Source: an uncultured Mycoplasmatota bacterium
Lineage (GTDB): Bacteria > Bacillota_I > Bacilli_A > RF39 > UBA660
Length of the DNA stretch: 64,000 bases
Direction of reading: 5' to 3'
Assembly (NCBI GenBank): GCA_900542735.1
Contig: UQOS01000004.1
Location: forward strand, 35 to 64,034
Position numbers and translations under genes: made by a program. A model generated the notes under the pieces. The model saw nothing but the letters and a program-made list of their open reading frames with translations, did no database searches and was not told the DNA's origin. Numbering within the stretch: position 1 is the first letter of the stretch; each line of letters opens with the position of its first letter. Below, piece after piece: positions 49,166 to 59,684 of the stretch.

Positions 49166-49189
49166 GCATTTACAACAATGCTTTTTTTT
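49166..49189 (+). terminator. Terminator: GCATT-TACAAC-AATGC followed by T8
   Basis: A hairpin plus a T-run after the BI-1-like gene. Confidence 0.55.
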
Positions 49190-49261
49190 GTTATATTACT
49201 AGCGAGTATGAAATGTACTCCTTGCTAGCAATAGCCAAAAGACCAAAAGGAGGTGTAGAAA

Positions 49262-49552
49262 ATGAGAAAGTATGAAATTATGTTTATCGTAAAACCTGAT
49301 TTAGAAGAAACAGCTATCAAACAAGTTGCTCAAGATATGAAAAGTGTTTTAGAAAACAATAATGCTAAAGTATTAGAATTAAAAGAAATGGGTCAACGTG
49401 ACTTAGCTTACGAAATCAATAAATATAAAACAGGTTATTACTTCTTATTTACTATTGAAACTGAAAATTTAAATGCTACTAAAGAATTTGATCGTTTATC
49501 ATTAATCAATGAAAACATTCTTCGTCATTTAATAGTAAAAGTAGAAGACTAA
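49262..49552 (+). CDS. rpsF: 30S ribosomal protein S6
   Basis: MRKYEIMFIV... Confidence 0.9.
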   Translation: MRKYEIMFIVKPDLEETAIKQVAQDMKSVLENNNAKVLELKEMGQRDLAYEINKYKTGYYFLFTIETENLNATKEFDRLSLINENILRHLIVKVED

Positions 49553-49564
49553 GAGAGGTAATAT

Positions 49565-50047
49565 ATGAACAAAGTAATTTTAATCGGAAGATTAACAAGA
49601 GACCCAGAATTAAGATATACTAGTAGTAATATCGCAACAGCATCATTTAGTTTAGCTGTTGATAGAAATTTCACCAATCAAAATGGAGAAAGAGAAGCAG
49701 ACTTTATTAATATCGTTGTTTGGAGAAAACAAGCTGAAAATTGTAAAAACTATTTAACAAAAGGTAGTCAAGTAGCAATTGATGGTCGTATTCAAACAAG
49801 AAGTTATGACGGTCAAGATGGACAAAAGAGATATGTCACTGAAGTTGTGGCTGACAATGTTCAATTTTTAGGAACAAGAGCTAATAATATGGATACAAAT
49901 TCACAACCAGCATTCAATGATAATGCTACTCCTTATGATTTTGCATCTACAAAAGCTCCAGCACAAAATACAACTGATGTATCTAATGACCCATTTGCAG
50001 ATTTCGGTTCTTCTATTGAGATAAGTGATGATGAATTACCATTCTAA
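49565..50047 (+). CDS. ssb: Single-stranded DNA-binding protein
   Basis: OB fold with the acidic DDELPF tail. Confidence 0.9.
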   Translation: MNKVILIGRLTRDPELRYTSSNIATASFSLAVDRNFTNQNGEREADFINIVVWRKQAENCKNYLTKGSQVAIDGRIQTRSYDGQDGQKRYVTEVVADNVQFLGTRANNMDTNSQPAFNDNATPYDFASTKAPAQNTTDVSNDPFADFGSSIEISDDELPF

Positions 50048-50063
50048 AGAAGGAGGAAAGAAC

Positions 50064-50279
50064 ATGGCAGAATTCTATAAGAAAAAGAAAAAAGTTTGTT
50101 ACATGTGTACTGGAAAAGATATCAATTATAAAGATGTAGAAACTTTAAAAAGATATACTAACGATAAAGGTAAAATTTTACCAAGAAGAGTTACAGGAGC
50201 TTGTGCTAAACATCAAAGACATATAGCAGAACAAATTAAACGTGCTCGTGCAATTGCTTTATTACCTTATACAAAATAA
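50064..50279 (+). CDS. rpsR: 30S ribosomal protein S18
   Basis: KKVCYMCTG...[16 protein letters not shown] ribosome-binding site. Confidence 0.9.
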   Translation: MAEFYKKKKKVCYMCTGKDINYKDVETLKRYTNDKGKILPRRVTGACAKHQRHIAEQIKRARAIALLPYTK

Positions 50280-50418
50280 GATGGCTATCGTCATCTTTTT
50301 TCTTTTGTTTTTAAAAGAAACTACCAAATAGATAGGTTATAAAAATACATATCTTCTAAATAAAAAAATGACAGATACTATATTTTGTAGTATAATACTA
50401 GCATAGATTGGAGTTAGT

Positions 50419-51378
50419 ATGCAAATTGAAAATAAAATAAAAAAAATCATTAAAAAAAGTAAAAATGTATTTGTTGTAGGTCATAAAAATCTAGATTTAG
50501 ATGCAATAGGTGCTTGTATTGGTGTTAGTCAAATAGCTACACATTTTAATAAAAATAGTTATATCATTATAGATGATGAAAAAAATGAATTAGGTGTTGC
50601 GAAACTATTAACGGAACTTGATGATAAAACAATTCTAATAAAAAGCAAAGACATTCCTAAATATCATTATAAAGATAGTATTTTAATAATCGTTGATACC
50701 AACAAAGCTCACTTACTTCAAAATGATCAAATTATTCATTATTTTAATCATATTATTATTCTAGATCATCATCAAGAATCAGATCAAACCATTCCAAATA
50801 CCATTCAAATCATTAATGAAAAAGCATCAAGTGCTTGTGAGATAGTAACCGGTTTAATTGAAAAATATCAAGTAAAGTTAACTCCAACAACGGCTACTCA
50901 TATATTAGCAGGAATTGTATTAGATACTAATAATTTTATTGTAAAAACTACACAAGAAACATATTTATCAGCATATTACCTAACTAAACAAGGTGCTAAT
51001 CCTAAAAAAGTGCAGTCATATTTTAAACAAGATATCAAAGAATATTTAGAAAGACAAAAAGTAATTTCTAAAGTAAAAGTGATTCATGACAAATATGCCC
51101 TAATAGTAGCTCCTGAAAAACAACAGTATAAAAGAGAAGAATTAGCTAAAATTGCCGATACTCTATTAAGATTTAAAAATATAGAAGCATCATTTGTTTT
51201 AGGAAACCGTATAGATGGTGGCATAGGTTTAAGTGCTAGAAGTGAAGGAAGTATCAATGTAGGAGAAATTGCTGAAAATTTAGGCGGTGGTGGAGATAAT
51301 CATGATGCTGCAGCTCAAATTAATAATGGCAAGACTTTAACAGAAGTATCATTAGAATTAATAGATTTACTAAAATAG
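50419..51378 (+). CDS. DHH/DHHA1-family phosphoesterase, resembling the GdpP catalytic domain or NrnA
   Basis: DHH motif (IILDHH) and a Gly-rich GGGGDNHDAAA DHHA1 motif. It sits in the gdpP position between rpsR and rplI but lacks the transmembrane, PAS and GGDEF regions. Confidence 0.55.
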   Translation: MQIENKIKKIIKKSKNVFVVGHKNLDLDAIGACIGVSQIATHFNKNSYIIIDDEKNELGVAKLLTELDDKTILIKSKDIPKYHYKDSILIIVDTNKAHLLQNDQIIHYFNHIIILDHHQESDQTIPNTIQIINEKASSACEIVTGLIEKYQVKLTPTTATHILAGIVLDTNNFIVKTTQETYLSAYYLTKQGANPKKVQSYFKQDIKEYLERQKVISKVKVIHDKYALIVAPEKQQYKREELAKIADTLLRFKNIEASFVLGNRIDGGIGLSARSEGSINVGEIAENLGGGGDNHDAAAQINNGKTLTEVSLELIDLLK

Positions 51379-51388
51379 GAGGAATATC

Positions 51389-51829
51389 ATGAAAGTTATA
51401 TTTATAAAAGACTTAAAAAAACAAGCAAAAAAAGGTGATATTAAAGAAGTAAAAGATGGTTATGCTGAAAACTATCTAATTAAAAATGGGTATGCCATTC
51501 AAGTAACAGAAAAAAATATGGTTCAAGTAAAAAAAGAGAATGACATGAAAAAACAGGAAGAACAAGAAAAAACAGTAGAAGCTAAAAAACTAAAGGAAGA
51601 ATTAGAAAAACTAACTTTAGTATTTAAAGTAAAAACTGGTGACCATGATAAAGTTTTTGGTAGTATAAGTGCTAAACAAATCAAAGAAGAATTATTAAAA
51701 AAAGGCTATAAGACTGATAAAAAACAAATAGAATTAACAAGCCAATTACAGTCATTAGGCTATCATAAAGTATCTATTATTTTATATAAAGATATTAAAG
51801 CAGAAATAAAGGTCCAATTAGCAAAGTAA
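51389..51829 (+). CDS. rplI: 50S ribosomal protein L9
   Basis: MKVIFIKDLKKQAKKGDIKEV... Confidence 0.9.
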   Translation: MKVIFIKDLKKQAKKGDIKEVKDGYAENYLIKNGYAIQVTEKNMVQVKKENDMKKQEEQEKTVEAKKLKEELEKLTLVFKVKTGDHDKVFGSISAKQIKEELLKKGYKTDKKQIELTSQLQSLGYHKVSIILYKDIKAEIKVQLAK

Positions 51830-51842
51830 AGTAGGTGGTAAC

Positions 51843-53204
51843 ATGGCAATTAAGACAATTCCCAATGATATTGTAGCAGAACAGTCTGTATTAGGAGCAA
51901 TGTTTTTATCTCCCTTAGCTATTGAAAAAGCAACCGATAAATTATTTGCTAAATCCTTTTATTTAGAAAAACATGGTATTATTTTTCAAGCTATTGTAAA
52001 TTTACATGATAAAAAAATTCCAATTGATCTAACTACAATCACATCAGAACTAACACAAACTAATAAATTTAATGAAGTAGGTGGTATTGAATATTTAACT
52101 GAGTTAATGAATACAGTACCAACTGCTGCCAATGTAGAATACTATATTCAAATCGTAGAAGATAATTATATGCTAAGAAGTGTAATTGATACTTCTACTG
52201 ACATTGCAACCTTAGCCTATGAGCATAATGGTGAAGTATCTGATATTTTAGACCAAGTTGAAAGTAAAATTGTTGGTATTATTAGAAATCGTCGTTCTTC
52301 AGAATTTAAGTCTATTCAAGAAGTTTTAAATGAAGTACAAGTGAATTTAGAAAAATTAGCTTCTTCTAAAGGTGATGTTACCGGAATCCCAACTGGTTGG
52401 TATGAACTTGATAAGTTAACATCAGGTCTACATGAAAATCAATTAATTATTTTAGCGGCCCGTCCTGCTATGGGAAAAACTGCCTTTGCCTTAAACTTAG
52501 CAACTAATGTAGCAATTAATACAGATAAAACAGTAGCTATCTTTTCACTAGAAATGGGTGCAGAGCAGTTAGCAAACCGTATTATTTCTTCTTTAGGACA
52601 AATAGAAGGAACCAAACTAACAAGTGGTAATTTAGTAAATGATGACTGGAAAAGAATCACAGAAGCAAAAAGTCAATTATCACACGCAAAACTTTATATT
52701 TCTGATGATGCTGGTGTAACAGTTGGTGATATTAAATCAAAATGTCGTCGCCTAGCAACTAGTGAAGATGGTCTAGATTTAGTAATCATCGACCACTTAC
52801 AGCTATTAAATATGGGCGGCAACTATGGAAATAATCGTCAAGCTGAAATTACTGATATTTCAAGAAGTTTAAAGAAAATGGCTATGGAATTAAAAATCCC
52901 TGTAATTGCCTTAGCTCAGTTATCTCGTGGTGTTGAACAAAGAGAAGATAAAAGACCCAAAATGAGTGACTTGCGTGAATCAGGTTCCATTGAACAAGAT
53001 GCCGATATTGTTGCTTTATTATATCGTGATGATTATTATCAAACTGCAAAAGAATTAGGAGAAGCTCCTGATCCAAGTTTAAGTGAATTAATTATCGGAA
53101 AACATCGTAACGGTCCAACTGGAAAAATTGATTTATTATTTAGAAAAAGTACCAGTACATTCTTAAATTTTATAAAAGATAACAAGGGTGAAGAAAATGG
53201 ATAA
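51843..53204 (+). CDS. dnaB: Replicative DNA helicase (DnaB family; called dnaC in Bacillus)
   Basis: Walker A ARPAMGKTAF and a RecA-like fold. Confidence 0.9.
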   Translation: MAIKTIPNDIVAEQSVLGAMFLSPLAIEKATDKLFAKSFYLEKHGIIFQAIVNLHDKKIPIDLTTITSELTQTNKFNEVGGIEYLTELMNTVPTAANVEYYIQIVEDNYMLRSVIDTSTDIATLAYEHNGEVSDILDQVESKIVGIIRNRRSSEFKSIQEVLNEVQVNLEKLASSKGDVTGIPTGWYELDKLTSGLHENQLIILAARPAMGKTAFALNLATNVAINTDKTVAIFSLEMGAEQLANRIISSLGQIEGTKLTSGNLVNDDWKRITEAKSQLSHAKLYISDDAGVTVGDIKSKCRRLATSEDGLDLVIIDHLQLLNMGGNYGNNRQAEITDISRSLKKMAMELKIPVIALAQLSRGVEQREDKRPKMSDLRESGSIEQDADIVALLYRDDYYQTAKELGEAPDPSLSELIIGKHRNGPTGKIDLLFRKSTSTFLNFIKDNKGEENG

Positions 53205-54747
53205 GAAAAATATATTAATAGTAATAATTGTCTTCTTACTATCTTGTCTTCTATTAGTAATAGGTAGTAATCCTAATACTTTATCTGCTAAAATACTTGG
53301 ATTAGAATCTAAAATAGAAAGTCCTAGACAACTATATAATGTTTATTTAGCAGGAAAATCAATTGGCATCATAGAATCAAAAGAGGATTTAGAAAACTAT
53401 ATTGATGAAAAACAACAGGAATTAAAAAATAAATATCATGTAGATAAAGTATATGCTCCTAATGATTTAGATATTGTGAAAGAAATTACTTATGATAATA
53501 AGATTTCAACAGTAGAAGAAATCTATAAGAAAATAGAAAATATTAAAGGAGCTTCTTCTTTTACGATTGATGGTTATAAAATTTATATTAAAGGAATAGA
53601 AAAGAAGAATGAAGATGGAACTACTACCACAACAGATGATGTAACACTATATGTTCTAGATAAAGATATTTTTACCAATTCTGTTACAAAAACTATCACT
53701 GCTTTTATTGATAATGATACTTATGAAGCTTATTTGAATGATAATCAAAAAAAGATAGAAGGTAACGATACTGGAACCATTATTGAAAATTTATATATTC
53801 AAAATACGATTACGATTAAAAAAGATCGTATACCAGCTGGAGATAAAATATATGAAACAGAAGAAGAATTAAGTAAATTTTTACTATTTGGTACAACTGA
53901 TGAACAAGAAACTTATATTGTAAAAGCAGGAGATACCATTGAAGAAATATCGAATAATAATAAACTATCAACAGAAGAATTTTTAATAGCCAATACTAAC
54001 TTTAAAACAGCCCAAGATTTATTATACCCAGGTCAAGAAGTAAAGTTAGGATTAATCTCCCCAAAATTTGATTTAGTAGAAGTAGAACATGTTGTATCTC
54101 AAAAACCAATTAAAATGGAGACTATCTATAAAGATGATGATACCCAGTATGTAGGTTATGAAAAAGTAGAGCAGGATGGTAAAGATGGACTAGCACTTGT
54201 TACTGAAAAGATTCAATTAGTAAATGGTGAAATTCAAGATACTGTTCAAGCAAATAGTGTTATCTTATCACCATCAATTAATAAAATTGTAGTCAGAGGT
54301 ACTAAGCGTTATTCATCTAGCAGCTTAGGTCCGAATGTTGATGTTCCTGTTGGTATTGGTAGTTGGGTATGGCCTACTAATTCGCCATATACAATATCAA
54401 GTTATTTCTCATGGCGTTGGGGTAAACATCACGATGCTGTTGATATTACTGGTAGTGGTTATGGCTCTCCAATAAAAGCAGCCAACAATGGTATTATCGT
54501 TCAGTCAGGTTATACTTCAACCAATGGTAATTATATTATAATAGCTCATCAAAATGGTTATTACACTATGTATGCCCATATGGCAGCAAGATATAAACAA
54601 GTTGGAGATATAGTCATGGCAGGTGATCAAATAGGTACAATGGGAAATACTGGTTTTGCATATGGTGTTCACTTACACTTTGGTTTATATAATGGTTATC
54701 CATTTAGAGGAGGAGTAGCGATAAATCCGCTAAACTTATATCAATAA
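53197..54747 (+). CDS. Membrane-anchored M23/LytM-family peptidoglycan endopeptidase
   Basis: N-terminal transmembrane helix. C-terminal HHDAVDI (HxxxD) and VHLHFG (HxH) catalytic motifs are intact. Confidence 0.6.
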   Translation: MDKKNILIVIIVFLLSCLLLVIGSNPNTLSAKILGLESKIESPRQLYNVYLAGKSIGIIESKEDLENYIDEKQQELKNKYHVDKVYAPNDLDIVKEITYDNKISTVEEIYKKIENIKGASSFTIDGYKIYIKGIEKKNEDGTTTTTDDVTLYVLDKDIFTNSVTKTITAFIDNDTYEAYLNDNQKKIEGNDTGTIIENLYIQNTITIKKDRIPAGDKIYETEEELSKFLLFGTTDEQETYIVKAGDTIEEISNNNKLSTEEFLIANTNFKTAQDLLYPGQEVKLGLISPKFDLVEVEHVVSQKPIKMETIYKDDDTQYVGYEKVEQDGKDGLALVTEKIQLVNGEIQDTVQANSVILSPSINKIVVRGTKRYSSSSLGPNVDVPVGIGSWVWPTNSPYTISSYFSWRWGKHHDAVDITGSGYGSPIKAANNGIIVQSGYTSTNGNYIIIAHQNGYYTMYAHMAARYKQVGDIVMAGDQIGTMGNTGFAYGVHLHFGLYNGYPFRGGVAINPLNLYQ

Positions 54748-55505
54748 TGAAAGTAAAAGTATTAGCAAGTGGTTCTAAAGGAAATAGTACATTAATTAGA
54801 ACCAGTGAAGTAAAAGTCTTAATTGATATTGGAATTAATTATCAGACTCTAGCTTCAGAGTTAGAAAAACTAAACCTAACGCCAAATGATTTAGATGCTA
54901 TCTTAATTACTCATACACATAGTGACCACATAAAAGGATTACAGGTATTAGTAAAAAAGACAAATCTAAGAGTATATGCCTTAGAAGAAATGTTAGAGGA
55001 ATTATCAAAAAAGATTCCTCTTGATAACATTTTTATTTATGAAAATCCTTTCGAAATAGGAGATTTAAAAATTAATATTATCAGAATTTCTCATGATGTA
55101 GAAGGAGTAGGATTTATTATTGAGCATCGTAATCATTCTCTAGTCTATATCACAGATACCGGTTATATCAATAGAAGATATTTACCTCTCATGACCAATA
55201 AAGATGTCTATATTATAGAAAGCAACCATGATGAAAAAATGTTAATGGAAGGTCCATACCCCTATATTTTAAAACAAAGAGTAATTAGTGATAAAGGCCA
55301 TCTTTCTAATAACACAGTAGCAGAATATTTACTAGAAATAACTGGAACAAATACCAAAAAAATAGTGTTAGCACATATTAGTGAAAAAAATAATACCGAA
55401 GAATTAGCTATTTCCACAACCAAAAATCTATTAGAAGAACATGGTATTTATAAAGATATTGTGGTAGCAAGGCAATATGAATCTTTAGAAGAAATAGAGG
55501 TATAA
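54747..55505 (+). CDS. MBL-fold metallo-hydrolase WalJ/YycJ-like
   Basis: HTHSDH motif. Resembles the YycJ N-terminus. Confidence 0.6.
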   Translation: MKVKVLASGSKGNSTLIRTSEVKVLIDIGINYQTLASELEKLNLTPNDLDAILITHTHSDHIKGLQVLVKKTNLRVYALEEMLEELSKKIPLDNIFIYENPFEIGDLKINIIRISHDVEGVGFIIEHRNHSLVYITDTGYINRRYLPLMTNKDVYIIESNHDEKMLMEGPYPYILKQRVISDKGHLSNNTVAEYLLEITGTNTKKIVLAHISEKNNTEELAISTTKNLLEEHGIYKDIVVARQYESLEEIEV

Positions 55506-55506
55506 A

Positions 55507-55962
55507 ATGATTAAAATAATATGTATTGGTAAATTAAAAGAAAATTATTTAAAAGATGCCGAACAAGAGTATTTAAAAAGATTAAAAAAATATACACAAA
55601 TAGAATTAATTGAATTACCAGATTCTAATATAGATGATGAAAAAATAGCGTTAGAAAAAGAAAAGAATCAAATACTAAAGTATATAAAACCAAAAGAATA
55701 TCTAGTAACCTTAGAAATAGAAGGAAATCAGTTATCATCACTAGCATTTGCTGATAAAATTGATAAAACCTTGATAACTTCTAGTGATATTACCTTTTTA
55801 ATAGGTGGCTCTTATGGAATACACCCAAGTATTAAAGAAATGTCAAACTATAAATTATCTTTTTCTAAGATGACATTTCCTCATCAATTATTTCGTATTC
55901 TGTTATTAGAACAGTTATTTAGAAGTTATAAAATTTTAAACAACGAAAAATACCATAAATAG
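55507..55962 (+). CDS. rlmH: 23S rRNA (pseudouridine1915-N3)-methyltransferase RlmH
   Basis: 151 aa, SPOUT family. Confidence 0.75.
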   Translation: MIKIICIGKLKENYLKDAEQEYLKRLKKYTQIELIELPDSNIDDEKIALEKEKNQILKYIKPKEYLVTLEIEGNQLSSLAFADKIDKTLITSSDITFLIGGSYGIHPSIKEMSNYKLSFSKMTFPHQLFRILLLEQLFRSYKILNNEKYHK

Positions 55963-55970
55963 TGGTATTT

Positions 55971-57152
55971 TTATTTTAAATAAGTATTGATTCTTTCAAT
56001 TTTTTTCTGTAAAGGAACATAGTTTTCATCTTTACCTATAAAACTAATATGATTATCAGTAAGATTTTGAAATACATTATCTTTATTATTACGAATTTTT
56101 TCAAGTCTATAAATAGCTTTTTCTATATCACTATCTGCTTCTAACTCTAAATCTAGACTAGTTAGAAAAGAAAATAAATATTTAATACTAACAACAGGAT
56201 CAGATTGTAAACTATTTATCAAAATCGTTTCATCAATATCAAATGGTAATTCTTCTTTTAATATCTTTTCTTGAATATATTGAATATCGATAGCTTTTCT
56301 ATGATCAACCAGACTAACACCTGTATCTAGAATAAAGAAATCAAGAAAGTCATTATAAATATTTTCAAAGTCGATAAATTCTAATAAATCAATACTTTCA
56401 TCATCAAAATTCTCTTTTAAATATCTTCTAGCTAAATATTCAAAGAAAAATCCCTCTAATTCCATTAAATAATAATGATTGCTTATTAAACTATTAATAT
56501 CATCATTTTTAAGCATAATGGCATGCCCCATTTCATGAATTAAGGAAATAAAATCATTTATAGTATTGTTTTTTAAAATATGAATATAAGGAGTATAAAT
56601 AGGATATCTAAAGGGAATTGTTTCTCCAGCAAGAGAATAATCCTCATAACTAAAATGAAGTAAGTTCTTTCTTTTTAAAATATATTCTTCAAATAAACTT
56701 AAATATTTTTTATTTGGTAGCCATTTAAAAAAATCATAGCTCATCTCTACAATCTCATCATCAGTTAATCCTATAATAGGTAATATATTTTCATCTTCGT
56801 ATGGTTTTAAATTACGAAACTCTAATGTAGCACTTAGTAATGTTTCCGTAATATATTTAGGAATATTTAAATAACTTTTATATATTTTAGTTGGTAAAAA
56901 TCTATTTTTATCTTTGTAGAAAATAAAAGTAGGAGAAGGAGATTCTAATTTATTTTTATCTAACAGATAATTTTTCATATTTTCCAGCTGATAAATGCGA
57001 TATTCACATTCATTTTTTTCACTAGAATTAAAAATACTAATTTGTTTATGTAATTTCTTATATTCCTCAATATGTTTATCAAACAGAGAAACACTCCATC
57101 TGTACTCCATAAAAATTCTCCCTTTCAAATAATTTCCTGTATTATACCACAT
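55971..57152 (-). CDS. Putative zinc metallopeptidase (HExxH)
   Basis: LIHEMGHAIM motif. 393 aa. The family is uncertain. Confidence 0.35.
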   Translation of the reverse strand: MWYNTGNYLKGRIFMEYRWSVSLFDKHIEEYKKLHKQISIFNSSEKNECEYRIYQLENMKNYLLDKNKLESPSPTFIFYKDKNRFLPTKIYKSYLNIPKYITETLLSATLEFRNLKPYEDENILPIIGLTDDEIVEMSYDFFKWLPNKKYLSLFEEYILKRKNLLHFSYEDYSLAGETIPFRYPIYTPYIHILKNNTINDFISLIHEMGHAIMLKNDDINSLISNHYYLMELEGFFFEYLARRYLKENFDDESIDLLEFIDFENIYNDFLDFFILDTGVSLVDHRKAIDIQYIQEKILKEELPFDIDETILINSLQSDPVVSIKYLFSFLTSLDLELEADSDIEKAIYRLEKIRNNKDNVFQNLTDNHISFIGKDENYVPLQKKIERINTYLK

Positions 57153-57249
57153 AAACTAAAAAATAATATCTTTTATTTTCTGAATATGACCAAATAGTCA
57201 CTAGAAAAGAAAAGGAATAGTGTATAATAAAAAAGAAAGGAACCTAATT

Positions 57250-57936
57250 ATGAAAATACTAATGATAGAAGATGACGAAGCTATTCGTACGGGATTAAAA
57301 TACTATTTAGAACAAGAAAACTTTGAAGTAATAGAAACAGATAATGGAAAAGATAGTTTAAAAATATTAACAGATGAAGAGATTTCTATTTGTCTATTAG
57401 ATGTGAATTTACCCGATATAAATGGTTTTGATTTATTTAAAAAGCTAAAAGAAATAAAAGATATCCCAATTATCTTTTTAACAGCCAATGATTTAGAAAC
57501 TTCAATCGTAATGGGATTAGATATGGGAGCAGATGATTATGTTACCAAACCATTTAGAGCACGAGAGTTAATTTCAAGAATTCATAATGCATTAAGAAAA
57601 AAAAGGCAAGGAACTACTAATATAATTCATTTTAAAAATATTACTGTAGACTTAAATGGCGCTAGAGTTTTAAAAGATAATAAAGATGTTTTCCTAACAG
57701 CACTAGAGTATAAAATTGTTTTAACATTCTTTTTAAACCCTAATGTTATTTTTACGAGAGAAAAAATACTAGCAGATATTTGGGATGTTAATGAAGAATA
57801 TGTAAACGATAATACTCTAACGGTATACATTAAAAGAATAAGAGAAAAATTAGAAAAAGATCCAACTAATCCTAAAATTATTGTAACCGTAAGAGGAATT
57901 GGTTATAAATTAGGAGAAGAAAATGCTAAGAGATAA
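57250..57936 (+). CDS. OmpR-family response regulator (BceR-like)
   Basis: Receiver domain (MKILMIEDDE...LLDVNLPDINGF) plus a winged-helix C-terminus. Confidence 0.8.
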   Translation: MKILMIEDDEAIRTGLKYYLEQENFEVIETDNGKDSLKILTDEEISICLLDVNLPDINGFDLFKKLKEIKDIPIIFLTANDLETSIVMGLDMGADDYVTKPFRARELISRIHNALRKKRQGTTNIIHFKNITVDLNGARVLKDNKDVFLTALEYKIVLTFFLNPNVIFTREKILADIWDVNEEYVNDNTLTVYIKRIREKLEKDPTNPKIIVTVRGIGYKLGEENAKR

Positions 57937-58927
57937 AGAAAATAAAAAACTATTACTGTTTCATAGTATCATTCTGTTATTACTAATCTTTTCTTTAATT
58001 ACATTAAAAATAGAACTAAATATAATCTTACTGGTAACCATATTCTATCTAATCACGATTATCATTACTTGGTACCATTTATATAAGAAAAATAAAAAAA
58101 TAAAAAATCTATCTACTTATATGAATAATATCTTAAACAATAATTATTCACTAGATATTAGAGATTATGAAGAAGGAAATTTAAGTAATTTAAAAAATGA
58201 TATCTATAAAATGACAGTAAAACTAAAAGAACAGAGTGATTTAAGTCAAAAAGAAAAGAAATATTTAGAAGAAGTATTATCAGATATTTCACATCAGTTA
58301 AAAACACCACTTACTAGTATGTATGTAATTAATGATGTTTTATTATCTGATAAAAAGATAGATGATTCCAAAAAACAAGAATTCTTAATAAAAAACAGAA
58401 AAGAATTAGAAAGAATTGAATGGTTGGTAACTTCACTTTTAAAAATGTCTCGTCTAGATAGTGGTAGTGAAAAAATTATACCTAAGGAAACAAAACTTGA
58501 TGATTTAATTAGAAAAACAGTAACGCCACTAGAAATCCCTATTGAACTAAAAAATCAACACCTAATATTAGATTATGATAAGAATATCAAATTAAATATT
58601 GATCTTAATTGGACTACAGAAGCTCTAATTAATATTTTAAAAAATGCCCACGAACATACCAAAGAAAACGGTACGATTCAAATAAAAGTAAAAGATACTG
58701 TCATTTATACCGAAATAGAAATCATAGATACAGGAGAAGGAATTTCTACTACTGATTTACCACATATTTTTGAACGCTTTTATAAAGGAAAGACAAATAA
58801 AGAAAGTATTGGAATAGGACTTAACATGGCTAAAAAAATCATTAATTTAGAAAAAGGCGATATTAAAGTAATTTCTAATTCTAATGGCACAACTTTTAAT
58901 ATTAAATTCTATAAGCAAATTATTTAG
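57923..58927 (+). CDS. Intramembrane-sensing histidine kinase (BceS-like)
   Basis: Two N-terminal transmembrane helices with no extracellular loop. H-box SHQLKTPLT and a HATPase_c domain. Confidence 0.75.
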   Translation: MLRDKENKKLLLFHSIILLLLIFSLITLKIELNIILLVTIFYLITIIITWYHLYKKNKKIKNLSTYMNNILNNNYSLDIRDYEEGNLSNLKNDIYKMTVKLKEQSDLSQKEKKYLEEVLSDISHQLKTPLTSMYVINDVLLSDKKIDDSKKQEFLIKNRKELERIEWLVTSLLKMSRLDSGSEKIIPKETKLDDLIRKTVTPLEIPIELKNQHLILDYDKNIKLNIDLNWTTEALINILKNAHEHTKENGTIQIKVKDTVIYTEIEIIDTGEGISTTDLPHIFERFYKGKTNKESIGIGLNMAKKIINLEKGDIKVISNSNGTTFNIKFYKQII

Positions 58928-59002
58928 TGACAAAATTGTAAGAAGAAAAGTCACTATTTAGTAATATATTCTAACTATAATGGTAGTTGTAAGGAGGAAA
59001 AA

Positions 59003-59683
59003 ATGGAAATTTTAAAAGTAAAAAATTTATGTAAAAACTATGGAAAGGGAAATACTTTAGTAAAAGCCTTAGACAACATTAGTTTTAGTGTAGAAAAAGG
59101 AGAATTTGTAGCAATTGTTGGAGCATCAGGAAGTGGAAAAAGTACCTTATTACATCTATTAGGAGGAGTGGATCATCCAACAAGTGGGGAAATTATTATA
59201 GATGGTGAAAATATTTATAAATTAAATGAAAATAACTTAGCTATTTTTAGAAGAAGACAAGTAGGATTAATCTATCAATTTTATAATTTAATTCCTATTT
59301 TAAATGTAGAAGAAAATATTACCTTACCTATTTTATTAGACGGTAGAACGCCAGATAAAGCTTATCTAAAAGAGTTAATAGATATTTTAGGCTTAAAAAA
59401 TAGAATCAATCATTTACCAAATGAATTATCAGGAGGACAGCAACAAAGAGTATCGATTGGTAGAGCACTTATGAATAGACCAGCTTTACTTCTAGCTGAT
59501 GAACCAACTGGTAACCTAGATTCTAAAGCTAGTCATGATATTATGGAATTATTAAAAATGTCAAATGAAAAATATAAACAAACAATTATTATGATTACTC
59601 ACGACTATAATTTAGCTTTAAATGCCAACCGTATTATTACGATAGATGATGGAAAGATTATTTCTGATGAGAAGGTAAAGTAA
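59003..59683 (+). CDS. ABC transporter ATP-binding protein (BceA/MacB type)
   Basis: Walker A GASGSGKST and the ABC signature LSGGQQQRV. Confidence 0.8.
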   Translation: MEILKVKNLCKNYGKGNTLVKALDNISFSVEKGEFVAIVGASGSGKSTLLHLLGGVDHPTSGEIIIDGENIYKLNENNLAIFRRRQVGLIYQFYNLIPILNVEENITLPILLDGRTPDKAYLKELIDILGLKNRINHLPNELSGGQQQRVSIGRALMNRPALLLADEPTGNLDSKASHDIMELLKMSNEKYKQTIIMITHDYNLALNANRIITIDDGKIISDEKVK

Positions 59684-59684
59684 T

